From Minisyncoccota bacterium (GTDB lineage Bacteria; Patescibacteriota; Minisyncoccia; Phycocordibacterales; UBA918), in the NCBI GenBank assembly GCA_022841645.1, contig JALHRC010000003.1, positions 6,553-70,552 on the forward strand: a DNA stretch of 64,000 bases, written 5' to 3'. A program made the translations under genes and the position numbers. A model generated the notes under the pieces. The model saw only the letters and a list, made by a program, of their open reading frames with translations. It was not told the DNA's origin and ran no database searches. Positions 47,205 to 56,571 of the stretch are shown here, one piece after another. Each line of letters opens with the position of its first letter. Positions within the stretch are counted from its first letter, which is position 1.

Positions 47205-48056
47205 ATGATGAAAAGTGTAGTGGGCGCTGGGGCAGTCATCTTAATAACACTCATCGTTATTGTGATGGTGGGTGCATTGGACCGACCGTCACCAGAAAGT
47301 GAGCAGCCACTACAAGCAGGCAGGGAGGCTGCTGCCACCGCCACCCCAGATACTGCTGACAGTGCGAACGCAGTGGAGGTGGGGTCAGAGTCCGCTGCAC
47401 CCATCAGCTCTCCGCAAAGCCAGTACCCCGTAGTGGCGGTCATAGACGGTGACACGATTGATGTGGAGATTGATGGCGAAGTGAAGCGGGTACGCTACAT
47501 CGGTATCAATACTCCCGAAACAGTGCATCCGACGCGCGACGTAGAGTGCTTTGGGGAAGAGGCAAGTGCGCGCAATAAGACACTGGTCTTGGATATGAAG
47601 GTGGGCCTCGAGAAAGACGTGAGCGAAACCGATAAATACGGGCGACTCCTTCGCTACGTCTACGTGGGCGGCGTAATGGTGAACGAGACGCTGGTGCGTG
47701 AAGGGTATGCCAGTGTTTCTACCTACCCGCCTGATGTGCGTCATACCGAGCGGTTCCTGATAGCAGAGACAGCGGCCCGCACGGAGGGTAGGGGGCTGTG
47801 GGGAGCCGGGTGCGAGCCGTACGCTTCCGGCGCCAAGGACGTAGGGGAGGTCGAAGCCGAAGGGAGTGCCAGCGCCTGCCTTATCAAAGGCAATATTGCT
47901 ATCGAGAGTGGTGAGCACATTTATCATCTTCCGGGGTGTGAGTACTATGAGGCGACCCGTATAAATGAAGAGAAGGGTGAGCGATGGTTTTGTAGCGAGG
48001 AGGAGGCACTGGCGGCAGGCTGGCGCCGGGCGCTTAATTGCCCGGCCTACCCCTAA
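47205..48056 (+). CDS. thermonuclease (SNase-like) with C-terminal Cys-rich domain
   Basis: VIDGDTIDVEIDGEVKRVRYIGINTPET and DKYGRLLRYVYV SNase motifs; C-terminal CLIKGN...HLPGCEYY...WFCSEEEA. Confidence 0.75.
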   Translation: MMKSVVGAGAVILITLIVIVMVGALDRPSPESEQPLQAGREAAATATPDTADSANAVEVGSESAAPISSPQSQYPVVAVIDGDTIDVEIDGEVKRVRYIGINTPETVHPTRDVECFGEEASARNKTLVLDMKVGLEKDVSETDKYGRLLRYVYVGGVMVNETLVREGYASVSTYPPDVRHTERFLIAETAARTEGRGLWGAGCEPYASGAKDVGEVEAEGSASACLIKGNIAIESGEHIYHLPGCEYYEATRINEEKGERWFCSEEEALAAGWRRALNCPAYP

Positions 48057-48087
48057 GGTTTACGCATAGTAGTGGTAGTATTTTTAT

Positions 48088-48846
48088 ATGGAGAGACTGA
48101 CACTAAAAGATGAAGCCACCACAAAAATAAGAGAAATGATCGAAGGGGAGCCAGAGGTATTTTTTATTTTAGTGGGAGCAATGAAGTTTAGTCAGCAAAA
48201 GGGTCGCTATGAAAATGGCTCATTTGGTGACGCCGATGAGAACTCGCTCAGGTCGACGGGCGTGCCGCTCGCAACTGGAGGAAAAGATCGGATGCTGGCG
48301 GCAGAAGCCCTCAATCAAGTCTTCCCCCGTTCCCTCATCGTCCCTATGAGTCGTACACGTAACGAAGACAAGCCCACCTATGCGTCGGTTACCAAAGAAG
48401 AGTTGTTACGCAAGGGTGTACCAGACGAGATTATTGCTCTCGAAGAAGTTTCTGTCAGCACAATCACCGAATTTAAAGAGGCAGCCAAAATGTGGCACCA
48501 AGAGCGCTGGACTAACCTGGCGTTTATTACCAGTAATTGGCATTTGCCTCGCAGTGAGCGACTGTTTAATCGTTTAGAAAATTTCGCTGACGACGAAACT
48601 GAAACAGAAATACTGTCAGCATTTGCTGAAGCAGTTCGAAACGGCAGTGTGCGCATACAGTTTGTAGGTGCGAGTGACGTACTTACAGCCAAAAGCAAGC
48701 ACTATGAGACGTTATTTAAAGCAGTAGACAATGACGAGGGAGTGCGGGAGCGAAAGCGGGTTGAGGCAGGGGGCATAGCTCAAATTGAGGCAGGTGAGTA
48801 CGGTGGTCGGAAATTACCAAAAAAAATTTGGGAAGATAGGCCGTAG
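48088..48846 (+). CDS. DUF218 (YdcF/ElyC-like) family protein
   Basis: 252 aa; FITSNWHLPRS resembles DUF218 core; weak. Confidence 0.4.
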   Translation: MERLTLKDEATTKIREMIEGEPEVFFILVGAMKFSQQKGRYENGSFGDADENSLRSTGVPLATGGKDRMLAAEALNQVFPRSLIVPMSRTRNEDKPTYASVTKEELLRKGVPDEIIALEEVSVSTITEFKEAAKMWHQERWTNLAFITSNWHLPRSERLFNRLENFADDETETEILSAFAEAVRNGSVRIQFVGASDVLTAKSKHYETLFKAVDNDEGVRERKRVEAGGIAQIEAGEYGGRKLPKKIWEDRP

Positions 48847-48933
48847 TTGGTGGCGCTCACCGCGCGGTGTAAATAGGCTCCTAGTTATAGTCCGCTTTTT
48901 ACGGTATAGTGAAGGTCGAAAGGAGGTGATCTT

Positions 48934-49158
48934 TTGCGCATACATCTGATTCTGATTACCGCGATCGCGCTGCTCGGGCTCTTGCCTGGATGTGTCGTGA
49001 CACTGAATCGTCCGCCCATCTACCATGACCCGCGTCCTTTCTACTACCCGCCAGTACGCCCGCACTACCACGCGCCACCGCCGCGGCACTGGCAGCGAGC
49101 GCCACCACGCCACCACTTTGAGCCTCGCTATCGAGACCGGAGACATTGGCGCAGGTGA
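48934..49158 (+). CDS. small His/Pro/Arg/Tyr-rich lipoprotein
   Basis: TTG start 8 nt after AGGAGG; signal with LLPGC lipobox-like site; mature part RPPIYHDPRPFYYPPVRPHYHAPPPRHWQRAPPRHHFEPRYRDRRHWRR; hairpin terminator 49187-49215. Confidence 0.4.
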   Translation: MRIHLILITAIALLGLLPGCVVTLNRPPIYHDPRPFYYPPVRPHYHAPPPRHWQRAPPRHHFEPRYRDRRHWRR

Positions 49159-49281
49159 GCACACTCGCTATGACGGCGAAGTCGACAGCCCTGGCGTGCC
49201 TGCACGCCAGGGCTGAAGTTTTACTAGTTTGTCCGCAATGCACCGCCCTGCTCTGCCGGAGCGTGAGCAGGGCGGATGTTT

Positions 49282-49674
49282 TTACGAGGTGTACAGGCTC
49301 TCGCGCACTTTCTTTACAATTTCGTCGAGGCTGTTGTGAGCTTTGATGATGTAACTCGTTATGTCACCGTCGTAGGCGCCGGCAATATTGCCAGCGTCGT
49401 CCATCGCACTTAAAACTACGACGCGGGCCTGCTTTCCCCACGGATCCTGGCGAAGTTTTTCTAGCACAGTATGGCCATCGTATCCGGGCATAATGAGATC
49501 AAGTAAAATGATGTCAGGATGTTCTTGGAGCGCCTGTGCGAGTCCATCCATCCCATTGGTGGCCGTACCGACTTTAAAACCAGCGTCAGTGAGTGCTTCT
49601 GCCACTGCTTCGCGGATGTCTTTTTCGTCCTCGATAAGTAGGACTGTTTTTTCCATATACCACAATTTTACCAC
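49282..49674 (-). CDS. single-domain response regulator (CheY-like receiver)
   Basis: LLIEDEKDIREAV...ILLDLIMPGYDG...K receiver motifs; 130 aa. Confidence 0.8.
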   Translation of the reverse strand: MVKLWYMEKTVLLIEDEKDIREAVAEALTDAGFKVGTATNGMDGLAQALQEHPDIILLDLIMPGYDGHTVLEKLRQDPWGKQARVVVLSAMDDAGNIAGAYDGDITSYIIKAHNSLDEIVKKVRESLYTS

Positions 49675-49698
49675 ATTCCTATCATCGCCACCCTGGTC

Positions 49699-50985
49699 GT
49701 GACTACAAGCTGGTACTATAGAGATATGAAAACAGCCACGCGGATTAGGGCATGGAATCGGGTGAGTTATCTCTTCCTCGCGCTTTTTCTTTCTCTGGCG
49801 ATAGGATTAGTGTTCTTTCACACTGATTTAGAACTCAACCAACTACAGCGCATTGGAGGGGGTGTGATAGCAATTATACTCATGCTGGGATGGGTGTTGG
49901 TACAGCGGAAGCGCGATCGTTGGCTGACTGCCACGCTGGAGCGCATCCAACTTTCTGATGAAGAGTCATTTTACTTGCTTTTCAGTAACAGCCCAGTAGC
50001 ACATATTATTCTTGATCGATCTGGCAAGATTGCTAATTTTAATCCAGCGACAGCCCAGCTCTTAAAGACGAAACTACATGCACTCAGTGGTCGTTCGTTC
50101 GTGACACTGTGCGCTCCTGAATTTGATACGTCTATCTTAGCTCAAAAACTACGCGCTGGAATCACTATTAATGAACTGGAGCTTCCTCTGATCACTGATG
50201 AAGGGATGCTCGTGTGGACACTCTTGTCGGTGAGTTCATTGTTGTGGGAAGAAAAGCTGTTAATTACGATGGTTGATATTACCGATCAGAAAAAAGTAGA
50301 CACTGCCAAGTCAGAATTTGTGGCGCTTGCCACCCACCAGTTGCGTACCCCAATTGCCGCTATCCGCTACGCGACCGAGCTGCTGGGCCGACGGCTCGCC
50401 GATGGAGCAACTGAACGGAATGCTGCGTACATTGATAAGATCGACCGCAATGTGGTGCGTATGCTCTCACTCATTGACGACTTTCTCAATGTTTCAAAAC
50501 TTGAAATGGGTACCTTTGCCACCGAGCCAAGCCGTCTTAACATGAGTGAATTTGTGACGGGTGTACTCGATGAACTTGGTGATCGTATGCTAAAGCAGCG
50601 TATCACTGCAACTCGAAGTGATACGCCAACTGATCTTTGGTTTATCACCGACCCACGTCTCCTTAACATTATTCTCACTAATCTCATTTCCAACGCGGTT
50701 AAATACACTCCCGAAGGCGGCAAGATCCACGTAGCGTTCACTGGTACCAGCTCTTCGTTGCGATTTGAAATCAGTGATTCAGGTATCGGTATTCCGGCCG
50801 CCGAAATTCCCCAGCTGTTTAGTAAATTCTTTAGGGCAAGTAACGCTCGAACGATTCAGACCGAAGGAACTGGCCTGGGGCTATACATTGTGGCGCAGGC
50901 CTTACAAAAGTTAGGTGGCACGATTGAGGTTGACTCGCGTGTTGGTGAGGGGACCAGTTTTGTGGTCACCATTGCGTCTTTGTGA
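49699..50985 (+). CDS. sensor histidine kinase with PAS-like domain
   Basis: H-box HQLRTPIAAIRYATELL, N/G boxes ...NLISNAVKYT, GTGLGLYIV; two N-terminal TM. Confidence 0.8.
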   Translation: MTTSWYYRDMKTATRIRAWNRVSYLFLALFLSLAIGLVFFHTDLELNQLQRIGGGVIAIILMLGWVLVQRKRDRWLTATLERIQLSDEESFYLLFSNSPVAHIILDRSGKIANFNPATAQLLKTKLHALSGRSFVTLCAPEFDTSILAQKLRAGITINELELPLITDEGMLVWTLLSVSSLLWEEKLLITMVDITDQKKVDTAKSEFVALATHQLRTPIAAIRYATELLGRRLADGATERNAAYIDKIDRNVVRMLSLIDDFLNVSKLEMGTFATEPSRLNMSEFVTGVLDELGDRMLKQRITATRSDTPTDLWFITDPRLLNIILTNLISNAVKYTPEGGKIHVAFTGTSSSLRFEISDSGIGIPAAEIPQLFSKFFRASNARTIQTEGTGLGLYIVAQALQKLGGTIEVDSRVGEGTSFVVTIASL

Positions 50986-51044
50986 GTCGAGTAAGTGGAA
51001 TAGGGGCGTTCATACCAGTGTCGCAAGCCAGCCTGGTTATGTGT

Positions 51045-51147
51045 GTGGTCACGAGTTACTAATTCGCTACGCTCATAAGTACTCTCGACCCCGGCTCGGC
51101 CGTTTTAGCTTTAGGAAAAAGCTGAAAACATGCCTGCGGCCGTCACC
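51045..51147 (+). repeat. structured repeat family copy C1
   Basis: GTGGTCACGAGTTACTAATTCGCTACGCTCATAAGTACTCTCGACCCCGGCTCGGCC-hairpin GTTTTAGCTTT..AAAGCTGAAAAC-ATGCCTGCGGCCGTCACC. Confidence 0.7.
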
Positions 51148-51176
51148 GCGACACGTCAGCGACATTAGTCGCTCTT

Positions 51177-51296
51177 GTGGTCACCAGTCACTAAGCGTAT
51201 TTGTTCACTACGTTCCAAATCCGCTAAGTGCTGTCGACCCCGCCTCGCGGTTTCCGCCGCTTTGACGGCGACGGAAACATCGCTGCGGCCGTCACA
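51177..51296 (+). repeat. structured repeat family copy C2 (tandem to C1)
   Basis: GTGGTCACCAGTCACTAAGCG...CCGCTAAGTGCTGTCGACCCCGCCTCGCG-hairpin GTTTCCGCCGC..GCGACGGAAAC-ATCGCTGCGGCCGTCACA. Confidence 0.7.
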
Positions 51297-51325
51297 CGAG
51301 CCGAAACTGAAAGCTTTCAGTTTCT

Positions 51326-51370
51326 AAAACGAAACAGCCTTCTTTGGATGAAGAAGGCGGTTTCGTTTTT
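51326..51370. terminator. terminator hairpin 3' of tRNA-Glu
   Basis: AAAACGAAACAGCCTTCTT-TGGATG-AAGAAGGCGGTTTCGTTTTT; additional hairpin GAAACTGAAAGCTTTCAGTTTC 51303-51324. Confidence 0.6.
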
Positions 51371-51376
51371 GTCGTG

Positions 51377-51448
51377 TGACCCCACCGGGAGTCGAACCCG
51401 GCTTTAAAGCTTGAAAAGCTTTCGTCCTAACCGATAGACGATGGGGCC
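51377..51448 (-). tRNA. tRNA-Glu (anticodon TTC)
   Basis: reverse complement: acceptor GGCCCCA/TGGGGTC, anticodon stem AAAGC/GCTTT loop TTTTCAA, T-arm CCGGG-TTCGACT-CCCGG. Confidence 0.8.
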
Positions 51449-51491
51449 AAATTGGTGCGCCTCATGATACCAAAAAGGTAATAAAAAGCTA

Positions 51492-53513
51492 GTGGTAGCA
51501 GGGCTGAGGTGGCGTTCGATGCGGTACCCGATGTACGAATATATGCGGTATAATCAGCGACAATTATTCTCTGAATATACTAAGTCTATGAGCAAAACCA
51601 CCCACCGCATTCTGGAAGAAATTGCCGAAGAAAGGGGAGAGCTGCGAGAGCGGGCGCTGCTGACTATCCTTACGGGTATCGGCCTAGTAACCGGGGTTTT
51701 GGGCCAGTGGCTTGATTGGCCTACGTCGGTCGTGGTGGTGGCATTCGTCGCGGCTTATTTGGGGGGTGGTATACCAGCTGCTCGAGAAGCAATTTCCTCC
51801 TTGTTTAAAGGTCATCTCAACATTGACCTCCTCATGGTACTGGCGGCACTGGCCGCTGCTGGGGTAGGTGAGGTGCGTGATGGAGCGATTCTACTCTTTC
51901 TCTTTAGCCTCGCGGGTACCTTAGAAAAATACGCTATGGGTAATACCAAGCGGTCAGTAGCTGCCCTCATGGACTTGCGGCCCGACGAAGCTAACAGAAA
52001 GTTGTCTGACGGGACCACCGAGCGCGTGCGGGTGGAGGAACTGCAGGTGGGTGATGATATCCTGGTTCGACCTGGTGAACGGATTCCAATTGATGGCGTG
52101 ATTGTCGCCGGCGCAGGTGCCGTTGATCAGTCAACAATCACCGGTGAATCTGTGCCTCTCGATAAGGGGATAAACGACAAGGTATTTGCTGGGTCAATGA
52201 ATCAGAACGCTTTATTGACGATTTCTGTTACCGCGACAGCTGCACATTCCACTCTCGCGCGGATGATCGATTTGGTGACTGAGGCACAGGAAAAGCGGTC
52301 ACCTAGTGAAAGTTTTAGTGACTGGTTTGGTGAGCGTTATACGGTGGTGGTACTCGTGGGTAGTGTGATCGCACTCGGCGTTTTTCTCCTTGTTGGTATA
52401 CCGACTGATTTAGCTTTTTATAAAGCCGCGACGTTGCTTGTGGTGGCAAGTCCCTGTGCAATTGTGATCAGTGTGCCGGCGGCGGTACTGTCGGCACTAG
52501 CATCTGCCGCGCGACATGGTGTTTTGTTTAAAGGTGGTGCAGCACTCGAGAACTTTGGTAACGTATCGGTGCTGGCGCTTGATAAGACCGGCACTCTTAC
52601 CACGGGTGCTATGGAAGTGGTCAGGGTAATAGCATTTTCTGAATCTGAAGAGAGTGTCCTGGCGCTCGCTGCCTCGCTTGAGACGCACTCTGATCACCCC
52701 CTGGCACGCAGTATCGTGCGTTATGCACAAAGTAATGGGGTGCGTAGTTTAGAAGCTGAAGGAGCGGCAGCGGTTCCCGGGAAAGGGGTGCTTGCCCAGG
52801 TGCACGGTCAGATAGCTTGGGCAGGTAATCGAGCCCTTCTTAAAGAACGGGGTGTGACGTTATCATCAGAGCAAGACGCACAGATAGCGGCGCGCGAAGT
52901 TGAAGGTGAGACACCGATAGTGATCGGTAGTGGCAGCACCCTGTGGGGTGTGGTAACACTCGCTGATACACCGCGTGCTACGGCACAGGCGGCGCTTCAT
53001 GGGCTGCGACAATCAGGGGTAAAAAGTATCGTCATGCTCACTGGTGATAGTGTGGCGGTAGCTCAAACGATCGGACGTCGGCTTGGCTTTTCTCCCGAGA
53101 CAATCTATGGAGGACTGCTTCCCGAAGATAAGGTGGTGCAGATAGAACAACTAGCCGGCAAGGGCCTGGTAGCGTTTGTTGGTGATGGGGTGAACGATGC
53201 AGCAGCGCTGGCGACGGCGCGGGTAGGGGTGGCGATGGGTGTAGCAGGTACCGACGCAGCACTTGAGGCAGCTGATGTAGCACTTCTATCTGACGACTTG
53301 CGACAGCTCACCTACGCCCATACCTTAGCCAAGAAGGCGAATCGCATCATCAAGCAAAACCTGATCTTTGCTTGCGGCATTATGGCTCTTATGGTGGTAA
53401 CGACGCTCTTCTTCCACTTACCGCTGCCACTTGGCGTTATTGGCCACGAAGGAGGAACGCTTCTTGTGGTAGCGAATGGTTTACGACTCCTTCTGAGTCG
53501 TTCAGAGAAGTAG
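51492..53513 (+). CDS. heavy-metal P1B-type ATPase (SPC-motif subtype, no N-terminal metal-binding domain)
   Basis: VVASPCAIVISVP, DKTGTLT, GDGVNDAAAL, TGES motifs; 673 aa (true start may be internal). Confidence 0.85.
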   Translation: MVAGLRWRSMRYPMYEYMRYNQRQLFSEYTKSMSKTTHRILEEIAEERGELRERALLTILTGIGLVTGVLGQWLDWPTSVVVVAFVAAYLGGGIPAAREAISSLFKGHLNIDLLMVLAALAAAGVGEVRDGAILLFLFSLAGTLEKYAMGNTKRSVAALMDLRPDEANRKLSDGTTERVRVEELQVGDDILVRPGERIPIDGVIVAGAGAVDQSTITGESVPLDKGINDKVFAGSMNQNALLTISVTATAAHSTLARMIDLVTEAQEKRSPSESFSDWFGERYTVVVLVGSVIALGVFLLVGIPTDLAFYKAATLLVVASPCAIVISVPAAVLSALASAARHGVLFKGGAALENFGNVSVLALDKTGTLTTGAMEVVRVIAFSESEESVLALAASLETHSDHPLARSIVRYAQSNGVRSLEAEGAAAVPGKGVLAQVHGQIAWAGNRALLKERGVTLSSEQDAQIAAREVEGETPIVIGSGSTLWGVVTLADTPRATAQAALHGLRQSGVKSIVMLTGDSVAVAQTIGRRLGFSPETIYGGLLPEDKVVQIEQLAGKGLVAFVGDGVNDAAALATARVGVAMGVAGTDAALEAADVALLSDDLRQLTYAHTLAKKANRIIKQNLIFACGIMALMVVTTLFFHLPLPLGVIGHEGGTLLVVANGLRLLLSRSEK

Positions 53514-53743
53514 TGCGCGTGCAAGTACCAATCTACAGGCTTTCCCACGGCCTTCTACAGTGGTATTCCACCGACTTTTCCACCGGTTATACCCAGTCTA
53601 CGGTAAAATAACGGTCTTTAGGGGCGATTGACTGTAGAGGTGGGTATGCGACTATACACACAGGTTTGCACGGTGGTGAGTATTACATACTTAATGTCCG
53701 AGGCTACGGGCAACGCGTGCAGACCTACATCTCTACGTTGTAC

Positions 53744-53780
53744 AAAACAAAGCACCCTCGTCGCGGGGGTGTTTTGTTTT
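53744..53780. terminator. bidirectional terminator between convergent ATPase and trxB genes
   Basis: AAAACAAAGCACCC-TCGTCGC-GGGGGTGTTTTGTTTT. Confidence 0.6.
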
Positions 53781-53808
53781 GCTCAAATTTTTCTTCTGAG
53801 GAAGGTGA

Positions 53809-54729
53809 CTATTTGGTGCGGAGCGTGACGTAGATGTCCTCGAGCGCCCGCACACCGTCGCCAGCAGAAATATTGTTCTGGTGGTACTTCACGTTGGTAC
53901 AATCACCGGCGGCCCAGATGCCTGGGGTAGTGGTCTTCTGCGTCCAGGGGTCAATTTCGATGCGGCCATAGGTGTCGAGTGCGACTACATTTTTGGCAAA
54001 GTCGGTGTTGGGGAGCATGCCGATCTCGATAAAGATTCCCGTGACGGGTAGTTCGACAATTTCACCAGTCTGGTTGCGGTAGCGGAGGCCACTCACAAAC
54101 TTCTCACCAAATACTTCGGTAGTATTGGCCTCGGTAATCCCGCGCATGTTGGGGTGGGCTAGTACCTTTGCAACCGTCACCGGATCAGCCTTAAACGTTG
54201 GGCCATGCTGAAGGAGGGTGACACTCTTGGTGTACGCCAGGAGCTGGGCGGCTGTTTCAAAACCAGCGTTACCGCCACCAATTACCGCAACATCTTGTCC
54301 GGCAAATAGCGGACCATCGCAGGAGGCGCAGTACGTGAGGCCTTTATGTTCAAAGATGTCAGCTCCGCTAGCGGAAAGCTGGCGGCGTCGGCTGCCACTG
54401 GCTATCAGGATGGATAGGGTGTCGTGAGTGGTACCATTTTCTAGCGTCACACGAAAGCCACCGTCATTTTTTTCAATATTGGTAGCGAGGGCTTTATCAC
54501 TGATGTCGACAAAGCCGTCGGCGTAGGTATGCAAGTGGGCTTTTAGGGTATCCGCCAAGGCAGCGCCAGAAAGAGAAGGCGTGCCAATCCAGTTTTGAAT
54601 GTCAGGTGAAACTGTGCTCTGCCCACCCCACTCTTTAGTAATAAAGAGAGTTTTCAGTTGCTTTCGTGAGGCGTAGACACCAGCGGCTATGCCTGCCGGC
54701 CCGCCACCAATAATGATGAGTTCGTACAT
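53809..54729 (-). CDS. trxB: thioredoxin-disulfide reductase
   Basis: IIGGGPAGIAAGVYASR FAD site, redox CASCDG, VIGGGNAG NADPH site. Confidence 0.8.
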   Translation of the reverse strand: MYELIIIGGGPAGIAAGVYASRKQLKTLFITKEWGGQSTVSPDIQNWIGTPSLSGAALADTLKAHLHTYADGFVDISDKALATNIEKNDGGFRVTLENGTTHDTLSILIASGSRRRQLSASGADIFEHKGLTYCASCDGPLFAGQDVAVIGGGNAGFETAAQLLAYTKSVTLLQHGPTFKADPVTVAKVLAHPNMRGITEANTTEVFGEKFVSGLRYRNQTGEIVELPVTGIFIEIGMLPNTDFAKNVVALDTYGRIEIDPWTQKTTTPGIWAAGDCTNVKYHQNNISAGDGVRALEDIYVTLRTK

Positions 54730-54790
54730 AAGTAATCAGTGAAAATGAAGTGCACACCAGCATAGCATGATGAGGAAGCGGTGGCACGGG

Positions 54791-54828
54791 GAAACCCGGC
54801 CGGTCCCTTTAGGGACCGGCCGGGTTTC
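54791..54828. other. strong GC hairpin upstream of trxB
   Basis: GAAACCCGGCCGGTCCC-TTTA-GGGACCGGCCGGGTTTC. Confidence 0.6.
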
Positions 54829-54855
54829 GTACGTGTGGTGCGTGGTTTAAGAGTT

Positions 54856-55003
54856 GGCACCGGTCACAAGTCACTAACTATAATTGGCCGCTACGCTCCA
54901 ATTCTAGTAAGTGCTCGCGACCCGTGAAAAGCAATATTGAATTGCTTTTCACCGCGGCCCGTTTGTCCCCAAAGACAAACGGGCAACGCTGCGGCCGGCA
55001 GTG
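54856..55003 (+). repeat. structured repeat family copy D (not tRNA-linked; 3' of ftsZ)
   Basis: CGGTCACAAGTCACTAACTATAATTGGCCGCTACGCTCCAATTCTAGTAAGTGCTCGCGACCC-hairpin GTGAAAAGCAAT..ATTGCTTTTCAC-second hairpin GCCCGTTTGTC..GACAAACGGGC-AACGCTGCGGCCGGCAGTG. Confidence 0.65.
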
Positions 55004-55151
55004 CCTGCTATTTCAGCTTGCTTCGCCGCAGAAATGCAGGTACTGCCTCTTACAGAGGCAGTCCACTCATTGGTCTTTTTGCTTCGTGGGAAGCTTGCAA
55101 AAATACTCAATGAGTCCGCCGTGCCCTCGCTGCGTCGCTCACTGCGCTCAA

Positions 55152-56423
55152 TTACTTGAGCTTGGATCGACGCAGGAAAGCGGGCACGGCGCCCCAGTCG
55201 TCATCGCTATCTTCGTCGATTGGGTCAACTGGCTTCGGGTCGCGCTTTGGCAAGTCTGCCGGGCGCGGTGTCGGTGCTGCAATGGGCGTCTCGTTCACTA
55301 CCGGCTCTGGCTCACGGCGGGGCATTGATAGTGAATTAAAAATCTTGCCGCGGGACTCAACGCGTTCATCGCGGTCTTCAAAATCATCGTGGCGCTGACC
55401 GATTATGGGCGTTGGGGCTGGTGTAGCCATTGGAGCACGGCGCGCAATCGGATGGCTGACCATCGTCTCCTCCGGGAAGCCGGTTGCAATCACGGTCACT
55501 TTGATTTCGTTCTTCTTCAATTTATCATCGCGGATAGCACCGAATATCACCTTGGCATGGGGATCGATCGATTCAGTAATGACCCGCGCTGCGTCTTGTA
55601 CTTCCAGCATACCGAGGTCGTCGCCACCAGCAATCGCAAAGAGCACTCCCTTGGCTCCTGTGATCGATACTTCAAGGAGAGGTGAATTAATAGCCATCCG
55701 AGCAGCTTCTTCGGCGCGCTTTTCGCCGGAAGAGACACCCACGCCCATGAGCGCTGAGCCGGCGTTTTCCATCACGCTACGGATGTCAGCAAAGTCGACG
55801 TTAATGATACCTGGCATGGTGATGAGGTCAGAGATACCTTCGACGGCTTGCTTCAAAACATTGTCGCACTGTTCAAAGGCGCTGCGCACAGTGGTTTCCT
55901 TATCGACAATCGCGAGGAGGCGATCATTGGGGATGGTGATGAGTGCGTCTACTTCTTTCTTAAGCTCCTCGATGCCTTGGAGTGCTAGGCGCATACGTTC
56001 TTGACCCTCAAAGAGAAACGGCTTAGTGACCACGCCGACGGTGAGAGCACCACTTTCACGAGCGATCTTGGCGATCACCGGTGCAGCACCAGTACCGGTA
56101 CCGCCCCCCATACCGCCCGTGATGAAGATCATGTCCGAGCCTTTGATGGCGTTTGCGATCTCTTCCCTGGTTTCTTCGGCAGCGCGGCGACCCATGTCGG
56201 GGTTGCCACCAGCACCAAGACCACGGGTCAGGTTTTTACCGATGTGGATTTTTTTCTTGGCAAGTGAGTTATGAAGATCTTGTGCGTCACTGTTGACCGC
56301 AATGAACTCCACACCCTTCACCTTCGCCCCGACCATGTAGTTGACGGCATTGCCACCAGATCCACCAGCACCGACAACGCGGATGCGCGCGAACGATTCA
56401 ACGTCAGACCGTATCTGTTCCAT
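55152..56423 (-). CDS. ftsZ: cell division GTPase FtsZ
   Basis: [16 protein letters not shown] tubulin signature; disordered C-terminal tail. Confidence 0.95.
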   Translation of the reverse strand: MEQIRSDVESFARIRVVGAGGSGGNAVNYMVGAKVKGVEFIAVNSDAQDLHNSLAKKKIHIGKNLTRGLGAGGNPDMGRRAAEETREEIANAIKGSDMIFITGGMGGGTGTGAAPVIAKIARESGALTVGVVTKPFLFEGQERMRLALQGIEELKKEVDALITIPNDRLLAIVDKETTVRSAFEQCDNVLKQAVEGISDLITMPGIINVDFADIRSVMENAGSALMGVGVSSGEKRAEEAARMAINSPLLEVSITGAKGVLFAIAGGDDLGMLEVQDAARVITESIDPHAKVIFGAIRDDKLKKNEIKVTVIATGFPEETMVSHPIARRAPMATPAPTPIIGQRHDDFEDRDERVESRGKIFNSLSMPRREPEPVVNETPIAAPTPRPADLPKRDPKPVDPIDEDSDDDWGAVPAFLRRSKLK

Positions 56424-56571
56424 ATAATGTGTGTATAACTAGTTACGCCTCACCCCGCACCCCCACCAAGGAATGCGAAACAGCAGGTAGCACTATCATA
56501 GCGCGTAGCGCTGTGCCTGTCACCATATTGACTTTATTGCTTATCGTGTGTTTGACAGTACTCAACTATTG

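Noticed and set aside
29851-55003. Possibility that the repeated elements form a CRISPR array
   Set aside because: Copies are about 100-150 nt, heterogeneous, separated by kilobases or at most in pairs, and lack the regular short repeat-spacer periodicity. No cas genes are in the window.
54924-55328. 134-aa + strand ORF
   Set aside because: It overlaps the ftsZ coding region on the opposite strand and the hairpin-dense repeat region. Its Cys/Arg/Trp-rich low-complexity translation is typical of out-of-frame GC-rich sequence.
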